This document shows positions 13,770 to 25,854 of a stretch of DNA of 64,000 nt, in pieces. The stretch covers positions 32,095,990 through 32,159,989 of the forward strand of contig NC_052158.1 in the NCBI RefSeq assembly GCF_902713615.1, read 5' to 3'. The notes below the pieces were generated by a model that saw only the letters and a program-made list of their open reading frames with translations, was not told where the DNA came from and searched no databases. A program made the position numbers and the translations under genes. The stretch comes from Scyliorhinus canicula (taxonomy: Eukaryota). Position 1 is the first letter of the stretch; every line of letters begins with the position of its first letter.

Positions 13770-14070
13770 CTGATGTGTTTCTGTTGTTAAAGGTGAGGTC
13801 TTTTGGAGGTTTGAAGCTACATTTTGAGGGATTATTTCGTGTTGTATTATTTTTGTGGTTATCTTTGAAGTAAGGGGTGTTGAGTGATCCAATGTTTATT
13901 TAAAAGGTTAAGTTGAATTCATGGAATAAACATTGCTTTGTGTTTCAAACCCCACGTGTCCATAATTGTAATACCACACCTGGAGAACAAGCCGTGGGCT
14001 TCAAAAGCAACAATCCATTAAAGGGAGAGGTTGGTTGAACTCCAGGATACATTTTGGGGTTCTGAAAACA
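13770..14070 (+). mobile_element. LTR fragment inserted in ERV pol
   Basis: aaaaggttaagttgaattcatggaataaacattg...accacacctg matches the 3' part of the LTR at 18946-19500. Confidence 0.55.
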
Positions 14071-16699
14071 CCGCTCCCATAGCAGCTGTTACTGGATGGA
14101 CGTATGAAAGATGGGACAGTAAGTCAGAAACTTATAGTCCGATGGACGCTAATGCTCCAAGGCCACAACATTACAGTTTAGAAAGCCAGAACACCTATCC
14201 TCCTCGCAGACAATCTCAGTTACGAAGGGCATAGGAGGAATGTCAGTTCTTGACAGCGAACGATTCCGACTGACCAAAGGAAAAAGGGAAGAAACCCAGC
14301 GTGCCAATGCCCTGGTCGCCCCAATCTATAAATAATTTTGTCAACGCCGCCTCCATGGTGAAGGATGGCATTCGGAGGACAGGTTTTGGTATCTATATGG
14401 AAGATCACCAAGGCACACCATTGGTAGAATTGGAATTAAAACTACCAGACAAAATGAGTGGCCAGGCTGCCAAATTAGCAGCCATAGCTTATGTGGTTAG
14501 TCGCCCATATAATTTTCCCCCACCAGCGGGCATACACTCAGATAGGATGTACGTGTGCAGCAGTTCAACAGAATATCTGCCCCATTGAGAGGCAAGAGAC
14601 CTTGCATCAGCAGGTGTGAAGCCTTTGTCATCTGCACTGCGTTTAAAGTACATAATTCAGTCAGCACAGGGACAGGAATATGGGATTATCAAGGTGAAGG
14701 CACACCATAAATCAACCAAAGGGAACATTAGAGCAGATGAATTGGCAAAGCAGGGCATCCACAAAAGGGTGTCATGGTAACCCCCAATTGGTGAGCAAAT
14801 TGATCCTGTCACCGTTAATCAATTGAAGATGGGTGGATTTGTTAGAGGCACAGAAGACAGATGAGGATTTGAAACAAATCAGAAATGAAGTGTTTCTGGC
14901 ACATTTAAACAAATATAAAGCTAAAATAGCGATACAGGACGGTTTCATCATAAGGACAGAGGGTATGTGGTGCCGGAGAATCAGAACCAGATAATCTATC
15001 AACGTCACGATGTCCAAGGTGTGAATGCCACTACAGAATGAATTAAAATGATATGTTGGTGGACCAAAGTAGATGCATTGTGAAAAAAAATGAATAAATG
15101 AAATGAAAATCGCTCATTGTCACAAGTCGGCTTCAAATGAAGTTCCTGTGAAAAGCCCCTAGTTGCCACATTCCGGCTCATTTTCGGGGAGGCTGGTACG
15201 GGCTGGCACATTGTGGAAAAGTGTCTGGTTTGCTCCCAAAATAATCCAGATCACAATGCTGAGAAAGGAGAGTTTAGACGCACAACGCCAGTAAATGGGC
15301 CATGGACAAATTTACGAATAAACTATGTTGGCCCCTTTCCACCAGGTAAGAAGGGTTACAAATATATTTTCATCATCATTGATACCTTTAGTAAATGGAT
15401 TGAAGCATTCCCTACCAGGGCAAACACGCCAAAGTAACAGCGATGTGCTGAAAACACAAGTGTTCACTAGAATGGGACTTCTCCACAGCATTGAATCAGA
15501 CCAAGGAATTAGTATCACCGCTCAGGTAAGCAGAATATAACAACCCTATTGGGAATATTACAGAAATTCCACATATTTTATCCCCACAGTCTAGCTGTAT
15601 TGTGGAAAGGATGAATGGAACCTTGAAAAGTGTGATTCGGAAAACTGTCCAACAAAATAACTCTATTTGGTATATAGTCCTGCCCATTCTCCAAACGTTA
15701 GTACAAAATACATATCCAACTCAACAGGCTTTGCTCCCCATATCCTGATGACAGGACCCCCCATGAGAGCAGTGGAACCCTTGTTGAGGTTGGATGTCAG
15801 AGCCAGAATTGGCAGCTGTCAGCCATGAAAAAGCTGTACAACAATTGAAGGAAAATACCCAAGCCATCCTTATGGCTGCTGCAGTTAAAATGGGCAGGAA
15901 AGGAAGGGCAGCAAAGGATATTTTTATGGGAAGGCCATGCCTGTGAATGAGATTGGGAAAAAAAGTTATGCTCCAAATTCACCAACCTGGAATGTTTTTG
16001 TCCCCGAAATATAGTGGACCCCATTCTATAGTAGATAAAGCAAGTCCCTCAGTTTACAACGTTTTATTAGACTCTGGTAAAGCGAGGCGGTACCATGTAA
16101 ACCAGTTAAAGCTATTCAACGCCCAGGGCAATCACCAGCACCATGTGTTGCTGGATGCGGGTGAGGGAGACGCTGTTCCATCTCCCGCTCTTCCCCTCGT
16201 AGAGAATGGAGCATCTGCGGGCACTGCCATTATCTCTGATCAGGCTACCGGCTTGCAGAAGTGCCAAAAGGCGAAATCTCGAAGGAAATCTCCCATTATG
16301 CCCCCAGGTTGGGAGAGAAGAATGGGTAAGGTGAGACAATCAGTCCGACACAATCCAAGTGAAGAAGAAATTCTGTCCGTTTGGCGAGCAAGATTGACAC
16401 GAAATTAGAGCAGGTATTACCTTGATGTTTTATCGATCAAAGAGGTGGACCACGTGCCTTTTCACCGTAGGAGTGGTGGCGATAACAAGGACCTGGAGAG
16501 GACCGTCAGGTTGCACAAACCTGGTAGGAACGAGCTCCCAACAAAGGGTGCAGCCTGGGATGAGTAGTGGTCCGAACTATAATGTGTTGACTTTTGTAAA
16601 GGTACAATTAAGACTCAGAATTTTGTCATAGATCTTCGAGCTTTGGTGACTGAAAGCATGAAACAGTTTTCAATGGAGAAAGATCAACAAAATTATTAA

Positions 16700-17830
16700 A
16701 CTGTGAGAACTGTAACAAGATCAGGATTTGGGAGACAAAGGATTGATTGAAGTGCCCTGACATGCCCAGGACCCAGTAATGGGTTGATAGTGATAACATG
16801 GATAAAAGTTTACATAATCATGTGAACCAGGAGTTAGTACCAGTAGTTTTAAATGTTGTAAAATTGGGCTCCCGGATCGGGGTCTTATACAGATCAAGAG
16901 ATTAAAACGGGCGGACTAAAATACTGTTGGGCCAAGAAGTAGGGAATGATGGGAAAAAGAATAGAAGAAAGAGGGCTATGTTAAATGATGCAGCAAACCT
17001 GTACAGTACAGGAATTTCTTTATAATTTCGAGTGCCCAAGTTATATTTTCCAATTGAGGGGCAATTTAGCGTGGCCAATCCACCTAACCTGCACATCTTT
17101 GGGTTGTGGGGGTGAAACCCACGCAAACACGGGGAGAATGTGCAAACTCCATGCGGACAGTGACCCAGAGCCGCGATCGAACCTGAGACCTTGGCACCGT
17201 GAGACAGCAGTGTGATGTACAGTACAGGAATGACAACTGGCAACACTTTAGACTTGCAAATTCTGGATGAAAAAATTGAAAGTTTTAACAAGAAAAGTGA
17301 AAACTCTCTCAGAGAAATTAAACAAAAGTATTGAACAAGAAACTGTGGGAAATGAAGAAAAATATCAAGCAGGGTTATATAATGATACAGACCAGGATCA
17401 AAATCAAATTATTTTCAGTTTTTATAGGAATTGGATGACAGAGCAATTGAGGGGATATTTTGAAGAAGTGAATAAAGGATTTGTGTCATCATGGATTACC
17501 AATGAGCAGTCACAAAATTTGCTAAATAGCGACATTAACCCGATCATTACAGGATGCTGACGTAGACAGCTAACTAAAGTTTGGTTCAATGAAGATTGTA
17601 AAGGGATCAGTGGAGAAACAATCGGGATGGTATGAGGGATTCCTGTCATCCCACCTGAAAAGTCTGAGATGATGGTATTTGACGTAGAAAACATTGGGAT
17701 CATCCAGCATGATGTGTGGATGGAAGACAAATATATGCCCCTAAACTCGGTAGAGTGGAGCAAAACATTCACAGGAACTATGCAGGACAAATGTCAGCAA
17801 GCCAACAAAATTATAATCTCCTTTTCCAAT
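16700..17830 (+). pseudogene. ERV env-like fusion glycoprotein pseudogene
   Basis: LHNHVNQELVPVVLN; furin site RRKR (16963-16974), then AMLNDAANLYSTG|MTTGNTLDLQILDEKI once the SINE is removed; heptad-like KVLTRKVKTLSEKLNKSIEQE; downstream Cys-containing ectodomain (GIPVIPP, VENIGII). Confidence 0.65.
17016..17215 (-). mobile_element. SINE inserted in env with 16-bp TSD
   Basis: TSD tgtacagtacaggaat at 17000-17015 and 17216-17231. Confidence 0.9.
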
Positions 17831-18201
17831 ATACCTGTTATAACCTGCACAAGACTTCCAGGGTCGGACCAATTAGTCAACCCATGAACCTTGTTGAATA
17901 TGAGCTTCCCCCCTGCGGGGCGGGGGCTCCATCAGCAGAGCAATGGACATTATGTATAAAAGATCTGTCAGAGTGGGAGCTGAGCAGTGTAGTCCCAACC
18001 AGGACCTGAGTATATTGGACAAATAGTTATTTCAGTCATAATAAAACAGTATCTTTACGCCTCTCGTGCGGACTCCACTGTGGCTTCAAAATTGGCGACA
18101 GGGATGTTGTGGAGCTACATATGGCGCCGTTAATCATTGGAAACATGCCACACTCGTACCTCTGGGGAAAGGTTTGCATTAGTTTCGTTGGGAGACTCAA
18201 T

Positions 18202-18818
18202 GGGCAGGATTCTCCCTTTCGGGTACTAAGTCCCAAGGCTGCTGGAAAAAGGGCGAGAATCACTCCGGACGTTTTCCGCGAAAATCAGGGTTGATTCTCA
18301 GTATTCCAGGGGGCTGGCAGGGCCCCGGCGTACATCCCACAGCTCTGGCTTCTGGCGGGGACCTGCTGCCCTGACAGAGCGACCGCACATGCGCACGGCA
18401 GCCGACATGGCGGACCCACACAGCGGGCCTGCGCGGAGTGAGGTAGGTCCCCCCCAGATTGCGATGGCCCACCGATCGGTGACCCCCGATTGTGGGCTTG
18501 GCCACCACTGAGTCCCCCCCAGAGTCAGATTCCCCCCCACCCCCCACCAGGACCGCCACAGGGACCGTCGGTCCGAGCTCCCGCTGGGTGGTAGCAGATG
18601 TAAACCACGCCAACGGGAGTTCTGCCAGTCGACTGTGGAGAGTCACCGCGGGGGCCTCTTTCAGCGGCCCCTGACAGGTGCCGCCTTGAACGCGCGCGCA
18701 ACTGGCGGGTCTGTGTAGAATCGCGGAAATGCCGTTGCGCCAGATTTCCGGCGTGAATGGCTATTCTCCACCCTGCACCGGGCACGATTCTGGCACGGAG
18801 GGTCGGAGAATTCCGCTC
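18202..18818. mobile_element. PIF/Harbinger-type MITE inserted in Gypsy gag
   Basis: TIRs GGGCAGGATTCTCC and GGAGAATTCCGCTC; 3-bp TSD AAT; removal restores the gag reading frame. Confidence 0.85.
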
Positions 18819-18945
18819 AATGTGTTTGATGCAAGCGTAGAAGATTGGACGCAATACGCAGAATGTATACAATACTTTATCAGAACTAACGCTATAAGTA
18901 GTGATGAGCGCCAGACTGTGATACTGTTGGCTGCCTGTGGAGCAC

Positions 18946-19500
18946 TGTCATGTGAGGGTACCTTCAAGAAATGGGTGTTTAAGAAATGTACCTTTAAGAA
19001 ATGGAGCTGCTCATGTTACTGGAGTGATGTCAGTGTGGGTGGAGCTGAGCTCTACTTCTGCTTTTCAGTTTCAGTTTGAGAAAAAGCTTCGGTGTGTCTG
19101 TGTTTTTCGGTGAGCTGCATCTGAAGTCTGCCATGAAGGACTAACTCTTAATCATTTGGGGAATTCAGAATTATAAATGTTTTCAGTATTGAATGTAAAC
19201 CCTGATGTGCTCCTGTTTAGTGGTTTATTAAGTCTTTTGGATGTTAAAAGAACAACATACATGTTACTTAGTGTTGTATTCTTTGGGGGGTGTATTTGAA
19301 TTAATGGTTACTAAGATATTTACTGTTTTAAAAAGGTTAACTTGAGTTCATAGAATAAATATTGTTTTGTTTTAAAAGATACTTGTCCTTTTCTGCGGTA
19401 TCACACCTGTAGAGTGGGCCGTGTGTTCCCCATACCATAACAGCACCCATGTTCAGCATAATCAAAAGTCTAATGTATCCCACATCCCCAGACTCAAAAG
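18946..19500 (+). mobile_element. LTR (solo or partial) inserted in Gypsy gag
   Basis: Starts TGTCATGTGAG; aataaa-type signal; homologous to 13770-14070; right end approximate. Confidence 0.6.
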
Positions 19501-21021
19501 TAATTTGAGGAGCTGGAAATGCTAATGGTGAACCCCCCCCCCCCCAAGCCATTAGACATTGTGCAATGATACTGTTCTAATATAGCCGAGGAATCCCAGG
19601 GTAGTCTGTAACAGAGTTCTTGATAGTTCTGAGGAAACTAGCTGAATTTTGTGAATATGGCACATCCTTTCCAGAAATTCTACGTGACAGATTGGTCTAT
19701 GGTGTGAACAATATGTCAACTCAAAGGAAATTACTCGCCGAGCCACTGCAAGACCTAAAGAAGGCCCTGGAAATCTCCCTGTCGAGAGAAAGTTCAGAGA
19801 AAGGAGTGCAGGAGTTGCAAAGTATAGAAGTCAACAGTGTGGGGCGCACCCCCTTCCGGCAAATGGTATCCACAAAAATGGGAACTCCCTGTAAGGAACC
19901 TCTTTCAAATCATTGTCTGATCTTTGGGTCTCTTGAAATTGCTGCCTTGCTGGCTGCTGTAACATTCCAGAATTTGGGTTTAAACTGGAGACGGCCTTAT
20001 TGTGAACCCCCCACTCTCCCATGCTGCAAGCCGCTATTTGAACTGGCCCAAGGGGATTCCCTCCGTGCAGTGTGCTGTGTGGCAAGGTCCCCTGATATCC
20101 TTTTGATGGACATGGCCAGCAGTCAATCTGCTCTTTTGGAATTCTGAATCATTTTTGAACCTCGATTGTTATTGGTGGAGCCCTTCAGAAGCTTCTGGAA
20201 GGTTTTTGGAAAAGAAGACAGGTTCCTTTCTGGCTTTCTCTGTTTAACCCGAGAAGGCAGCACACACCAAGTCTGGACTCTCATGTTGAGAACTGTAGAT
20301 TTAGCTTAGTGAGGCTGATGGTCCACCTGGTTGGCACAAGCTAGAATTGCACAGACATGAGGGAATCTTCTCTGTGAAAGCTCAAGTGAGTGGAAGTGAA
20401 GGTAACTTCCTAAAGAAAGCCTTACAGTCTGAGAGTTCCAGTTGGAGACAAGCATTAGAAGAAAAAAAACAACACATGATTCCAACACTTTGCATCCTTG
20501 GAAGATCATTGACTACAAATACTATCACCTCAGCAGCAAAGATTCATCTCAGGCCCTTTTAATCCCTGTGATTTTTTAACCTTTCCTACCCTCCCCCCCA
20601 CCATGTGTCTGCCTTGTGTGTGTCTGGTTGGAAGGTGGGATGGGGTTTGGGGAATATTTAGATTAGCAGGCCAGCATTCTATTTTTCCCATTACATGTTT
20701 ATCTCTACTCTTGTTCTGAACAGTCAGCAGAGTAGTCAAAGGTCAAAGATTTCAGGAAAAAATATAATTATTGGTTAATTCATGTCTGTTGGTACTCCGG
20801 GGTCTGTGCGGCTAGAATTGACCACGCATTAACTGAGGGAGTCATAATACCCTGGAATCCCACCCTGTATGAGGTCAACACTGATGGTCAGACAAGACCC
20901 ATCCCCCGAACCAGTAGAGGAATACCCCAGATGACACGGGATGTATGGCCTGAGGGATCGGAAATCACAGAGTGGACTACAGGCCCGCCGCTCCACGAGA
21001 TGTAGGCGTCAACCCAGATCC

Positions 21022-21395
21022 CACACAAAGAACAAAGAACAAAGAGAAGTACAGCTCAGGAACAGGCCCTTCGGCCCTCCAAACCCACGCCGACCATGCT
21101 GCCCATCTGAACTAAAATCTTCTACAATTCCGGAGTCCGTATCCCTCTATTCCCTTCCTATTCATGTATCTGTCAAGATGCCCATTAAATGTCACTATCG
21201 TCCCTGCTTCCACCACCTCCTCCAGCAGTGGGTTCCAGGCACCCACTACCCTCTGTGTAAAAAAACTTACCTCGTACATCTCCTCTAAACCTTGCCCCTT
21301 GCACCTTAAACCTCTGCCCCCTAGTAATTGACCCCTCTACCCTAGGAAAAAGTCTCTGACTATCCACTCAGCCTATGCCCCTCATAATTTTGTAG
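21022..21395 (-). mobile_element. CR1 3' end fragment
   Basis: acaaagaacaaagaacaaag tail repeats; minus ORF RLFPRVEGSITRGQRFKVQGARFRGDVRGKFF. Confidence 0.7.
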
Positions 21396-23298
21396 CCCTT
21401 ACACACCTTTCTATTCGAACAGCCTGAAGATGACTGCATGCAGCTGAACTGCATCGCACACCCAAAGCTGCTCCCATTAGGATCACTGCTTAGGTGAACG
21501 GCTATAACTTGGAAATGGATGCAGAAGCTGTTGTCTCGGTCACTGAGTCAAACATTTGAGAAGTTCCAATCAGGAGTACAATGTCTGCCGTTACGGGTTA
21601 CCGAGACAAGACTGGCCACATATAAGGTATAACCATTTGCCATAACGGGAACCACGACTACCTCAGTGATCCACGGGCATTAGTCCGTCACTTTCCTGCT
21701 GATTACACTGAATGTACATGGCCTCAGTTTACTGGGCCGCGACTGGCGGCAGTGCCTCTGCCTTGATTGGCAGTGGATTTTCCAGGTGGGCTCAGGAGGC
21801 CTCTACGAGATATTGGGGAAATACCTCAAGGTTTTCCAGGCCAGTTTGCGGAAAGTCATCCGGCATGAGGATGCACTACTATCCCGCCAAACGGCTCCTG
21901 GTCACGTGCAATGCCTCGCCATACAGCACCTGCGCCGTGTTGTCACATCAGATGGATGACGGTAGGGAGCAGCTGTCTGCATTCCCCAACAGAACACTGG
22001 CTGCTGCTGAGTGCAATTACACGCAAATTGAGAAAGAATGTCTGGTAGTAGTCTTTGCACTCAAGAGGTCCCATCGGTATGTGTCTGGACATCGTTTTAT
22101 GGACCACAAGCTGCTGTTGGAACTCTTCAGACGCAAAGCCTTGGCCAGAATCCAACAATGGTCACCCAGCTTCAAATGGGCCAGCTGAAGGAGCGGTGCA
22201 AACGTTCAAGAGTGGATTGAAAAAGCAGACTTCGGGATCCCTCGACACATGACTGGCCAGATTCTTATGCTGAGACCATATCACCCCACATGCCGCGAGT
22301 GATGGAGCACCGGCAGAACCTTTAATGGGATGAAGAATTCAGACCCGCCTCGGCCTTTTATTTTCAGACATTGGCAGGAAAATACGCCGTGGTCTACAGC
22401 AAAAATGGTGCTGCCCAGGCAGGTGTCAACAGACCAGACAGTTCGCACCAGGTGATGCAGTCTACGTTAGGAACATTAGTAACGGCGCCAAGTGGGTTCG
22501 AGGCACCATAGTTCGACAAACAAGACTGATTTCGTACCAGGTTCAGGTAACAGCTGAGAAATGACGAGGTATCTGGATCATTTCTGCTACAAGAGGCCAG
22601 TTATACACAAAACTCATCCTGAGGAGCCAGCTTCAGCTCAGACAGCCCCGGCACCAGCAGCTTCGAGGGTGTTACCCCAAGGGCAACCTGCTGCAGAAAT
22701 GAAGGTCAAGGATTCTGACTCTGACATGGAGACCCAGGCATCGGATGTTTCTCACGGTGAACAGATACATGAACAGTCACCAGTGGTGGTCCCTCCGTGA
22801 CAATTAGTGGCCTGATCCAGCTTCACACGGAGAATTCCACCGCAGGAATCAACTAGAATTAGTAAAATTGTTCGTTGATATTCATAAATGAAAACAAGAG
22901 CAAATTAATGTCATGGAGGAAATTAAAACTGAATTTAAGGATTATTGGGGAAAATATGTGACTAACATATAACTGTTGCCAGAATTTTCAGAAATATTAA
23001 AAAATACTTTACGTATGCTTCTATAACATTTGAGAAAGTATTAAATAATGTAAGTGTAATGTATTTAAAATTAAATCAACTAGTTGATGGGCTAATATTT
23101 GGAACTGGAATGTAAATGTACAGCTTTAACCATCGGAACAAATTATATCACATTTAGTAACAATGCTTATTATTTTATCATATCAAACTGGAAAGTGAAG
23201 GAAGAAAAAAAATTAGAGTTGAAGTTGTTTTTGCAAAAATGGGAATGAATGATGGGAAAATTATACGTCAATTATACGTGAATACGTCAATACGTCAA

Positions 23299-23660
23299 GG
23301 GGCAGCACGGTGGCATTGTGGATAGCACAATTGCTTCACAGCTCCAGGGTCCCAGGTTCGATTCCGGCTTGGGTCACTGTCTGTGCAGAGTCTGCACATC
23401 CTCCCCGTGTCTGCGTGGGTTTCCTCCGGGTGCTCAGGTTTCCTCCAAAAGTCCAAAGATGTGCAGGTTAGGTGGATTGGCCATGATAAATTGCCCTTAG
23501 TGTCCAAAATTGCCCTTAGTGTTGGGTGGGGTTACTGTGTTATGGGGATAGGGTGGAGGTGTTAACCTTGGGTAGGGTGCTCTTTCCAGGAGCCGGTGCA
23601 GACCCGATGGGCCGTATGGCCTCCTTCTGCACTGTAAATTCTATGTAATCTATGTCTATG
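23299..23660 (+). mobile_element. HE1/V-SINE-type SINE with CR1-like tail
   Basis: ggggcagcacggtggcattgtggatagc head; tail ctgcactgtaaattctatgtaatctatg. Confidence 0.8.
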
Positions 23661-23689
23661 TAATTAATAATTATTTATATCTACACATC

Positions 23690-24430
23690 ACATGTTCTGC
23701 TCTTGGCGGTCAGCAGCAGCACCCAAAGCTGCAGACTGGCTGTCCGACCTCTCAGAATCTCTCCAAATGGATAAAGTCAAATTCACCCATCCAAGGGTCA
23801 GACAATGGCTTCCACAGAATGTGGGAGCCATGCACCGAATTGTTCCAGGACTTGTTTATGGCCAACGATCGAGCAGAAGAATAGCCAGGTAGCCAAGAAC
23901 CAGGGGAAAGTAGCCAAGGCGTGAGAGGTAGACCGGGGGCAAGGGAGAGGGGGGAGGGGGAGGGGGGAAGCGGGGGGAAGAGGGAAGAGACATGGAACAA
24001 TAGAGGGGAACCAGAGAAGGGGGAGAGGTGAGGGATGATAGCCGGAAGGAGAGTACGGGAAACAACAACAAACTTGGGAAATACAGTAACAAAGAGCAAG
24101 GAAAATACGGGTGAAAGACGGGACAAACGGCAAAAGAGGTGAGCACGTAACGACAAGGCAGCGAAAACCGTCCGGGAGAAGCAAGTAACAACACCAACAC
24201 CAGATCCATTCTCGTATTGACCTCTCTGTATTGGACATAACTAATGTATGGTTTCTCCAGCACCCAAATGTATATGTACCTCCCCAGTTCCCCTCCCCCC
24301 ACAAACAGGCACCTACTTATTTGCTAAAAATAATATTGCCAACTGTACATAGTTGCTGTTGTTGAGCTTATTCGGTATACATAACCGTAAATATATTTTG
24401 TTCAAAAACCCAATAAAAAACATTTATAAA
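23690..24430 (+). mobile_element. L1/Tx1-type LINE 3' fragment with 3' UTR and A-rich tail
   Basis: C-terminal peptide SLQMDKVKF...WLP-like; purine-rich UTR; caataaaaaacatttataaaa tail. Confidence 0.5.
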
Positions 24431-24849
24431 ACATTAATAAAACAAATATATCTACACATTAATGTAATTGCTTTAAATAGTTGCAATCAGTTGTAACGCA
24501 GCTTGGACTTGAATGTCTGCCCAGTGGGAAGAACTGGCTAAGGAGTTTTGTGATCCACTCTCAATGAAGTGGATCAAAGAGGGAAGTGCTGAGTGGGTAA
24601 AGCGGCCAACATTGTGCCGTGAGGCATGATGGTCAAAGGGGGAACAGTGAGGCTGGAACAGTGAGGCCGGGTTCTCTCTACCGGGTAGCATTTTGAGTTT
24701 AAGTTGTGTGCCGTGAATCTCATGTAACTATTAAAATAAGCACATAGCTGAAGTCTCAGTGAGTTAAATAAAGCTGCATTAAATGAAGCTTGTACTGAGT
24801 ACTGATTTATCTGTTTCGCCAGTTGAAGCCAGGAGAGGGCAGCAACATT

Positions 24850-25330
24850 CCGATTGGGCACGTTACTCAATACTGAGTTCAACAACTATAGACAGTAACT
24901 TATTACTCTATCTTAAACCCTCTCCTCCCTGCCGTAGTATGTTGTCAGTTGTTGTTTTGCTCCCTGGCCCCTTTCCCACCCCTCTCCCACTCGGCCACCT
25001 GTCCATTGCTGTTCCGTTGCTCCCATTAACATTCCGCCTTCTCACCTTTTGCCACTATTAGCACTCTTCACTCCTTCATGGCACCGTTCACACTCCCCTT
25101 TGTCCTATCTCCATGGCAAATTTGTCAATGCTTCCTTTACCCCGACCTACCCCTGGGCCTTCTATTCTGCCCATCTCCTCCGCGCCCTTTCCAACAATAT
25201 CATTCTGTACATTTCTAACTTGCTTTCATTCTGCAGAAGGGTCTTTTGGACCCGAAACACTCAACTCTGTTCTCCACAAAGATGCTGCCAGACCTGCTGA
25301 GTTAATCCAGTATTTTATGTTATTGTTCCA
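24850..25330 (+). mobile_element. Penelope-like element 3' remnant
   Basis: gagttcaacaac ORF end; gaagggtc...gacccgaaacac...gatgctgccagacctgctgag terminal motif (also at ~6625-6700). Confidence 0.5.
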
Positions 25331-25854
25331 ACTTAACAGCTTGTTTGTGTCCAATTTGACAAAGTTATTGGCTGGGATTCTATGTTCCACCGCAACCTGT
25401 ACTCCCGATTGGATGGAGAATGGCCCGTCAGTCGCAAAAACGGATTGGACGCCAGGCAGTAGATCCATCTCCGGTCTCTGGCCCCTTGCGCCACCAGCCA
25501 TTCCGTACTACCCAGTGAGAGTGGAGGAGCAGTAAAACTCATAATAACCATGTAGTTTGGGGTCTGGGATTGTCATGAGAAGCCTCACCTTAGTGACTGT
25601 CTTTGTGTCTCCCCTTACACAGAAATGGAATTTGGAACTCGGCATTCCACGCAAGATATTTATTTGGCCGCTGCTGCCATTGCAGACACGTTAATGAGTA
25701 CACAAGGGCGAGCTCGGGGAAGAGCCTGCAAGTTAGGAGCCTGTCCCCGAACGCCAGGCTCCAACCAGTGAGGATCACATGCTTGCCCTTCGAGGAGCTG
25801 CCAGGCTGTGTGTGCCACCGTCGATTACCAAGAGGACAGTGTGCCACCTGTGCC

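Larger units (their letters stand above)
10580..17830 (+). mobile_element. Decayed endogenous retrovirus (putative 5' LTR, gag, pol with PR-RT-tether-RH-IN, env), lokiretrovirus/spuma-like
   Basis: RT: AFATRKRDCG..DPKPQK, YFTVLDNINGF, CQYKFAFTFQ (~13000-13450). Tether: QLLLDGRMKDGTVSQKLIVRWTLMLQG (~14125). RH: RTGFGIY...SGQAAKLAA...HSDRMYVC...KVKAH...GNIRADELAKQG (14300-14760). IN: CLVCSQNN, GPWTNLRINYVGPFP, IIIDTFSKWIEAFP, PKYSGP (15213-16100). Env with RRKR. Many stops, frameshifts and nested insertions; no 3' LTR seen. Confidence 0.8.
18175..22800 (+). mobile_element. Heavily deleted Gypsy/Ty3 LTR retrotransposon (gag, PR, RH, IN remnants) with nested insertions
   Basis: gag FVGRLN|VFDASVEDWTQYAE, LRKLAEFCEYG...LRDRLVYG (19620); RH LLVTCNASPY...YTQIEKECLVVVFALK (21880-22130); IN SNGPAEGAVQTFKSGLKK. 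Confidence 0.75.

Noticed and set aside
23263-23298. Short atacgtcaa repeats (CRE half-sites) before a SINE
   Set aside because: Three to four short copies at a SINE 5' junction, far from any promoter; likely insertion-related microduplication
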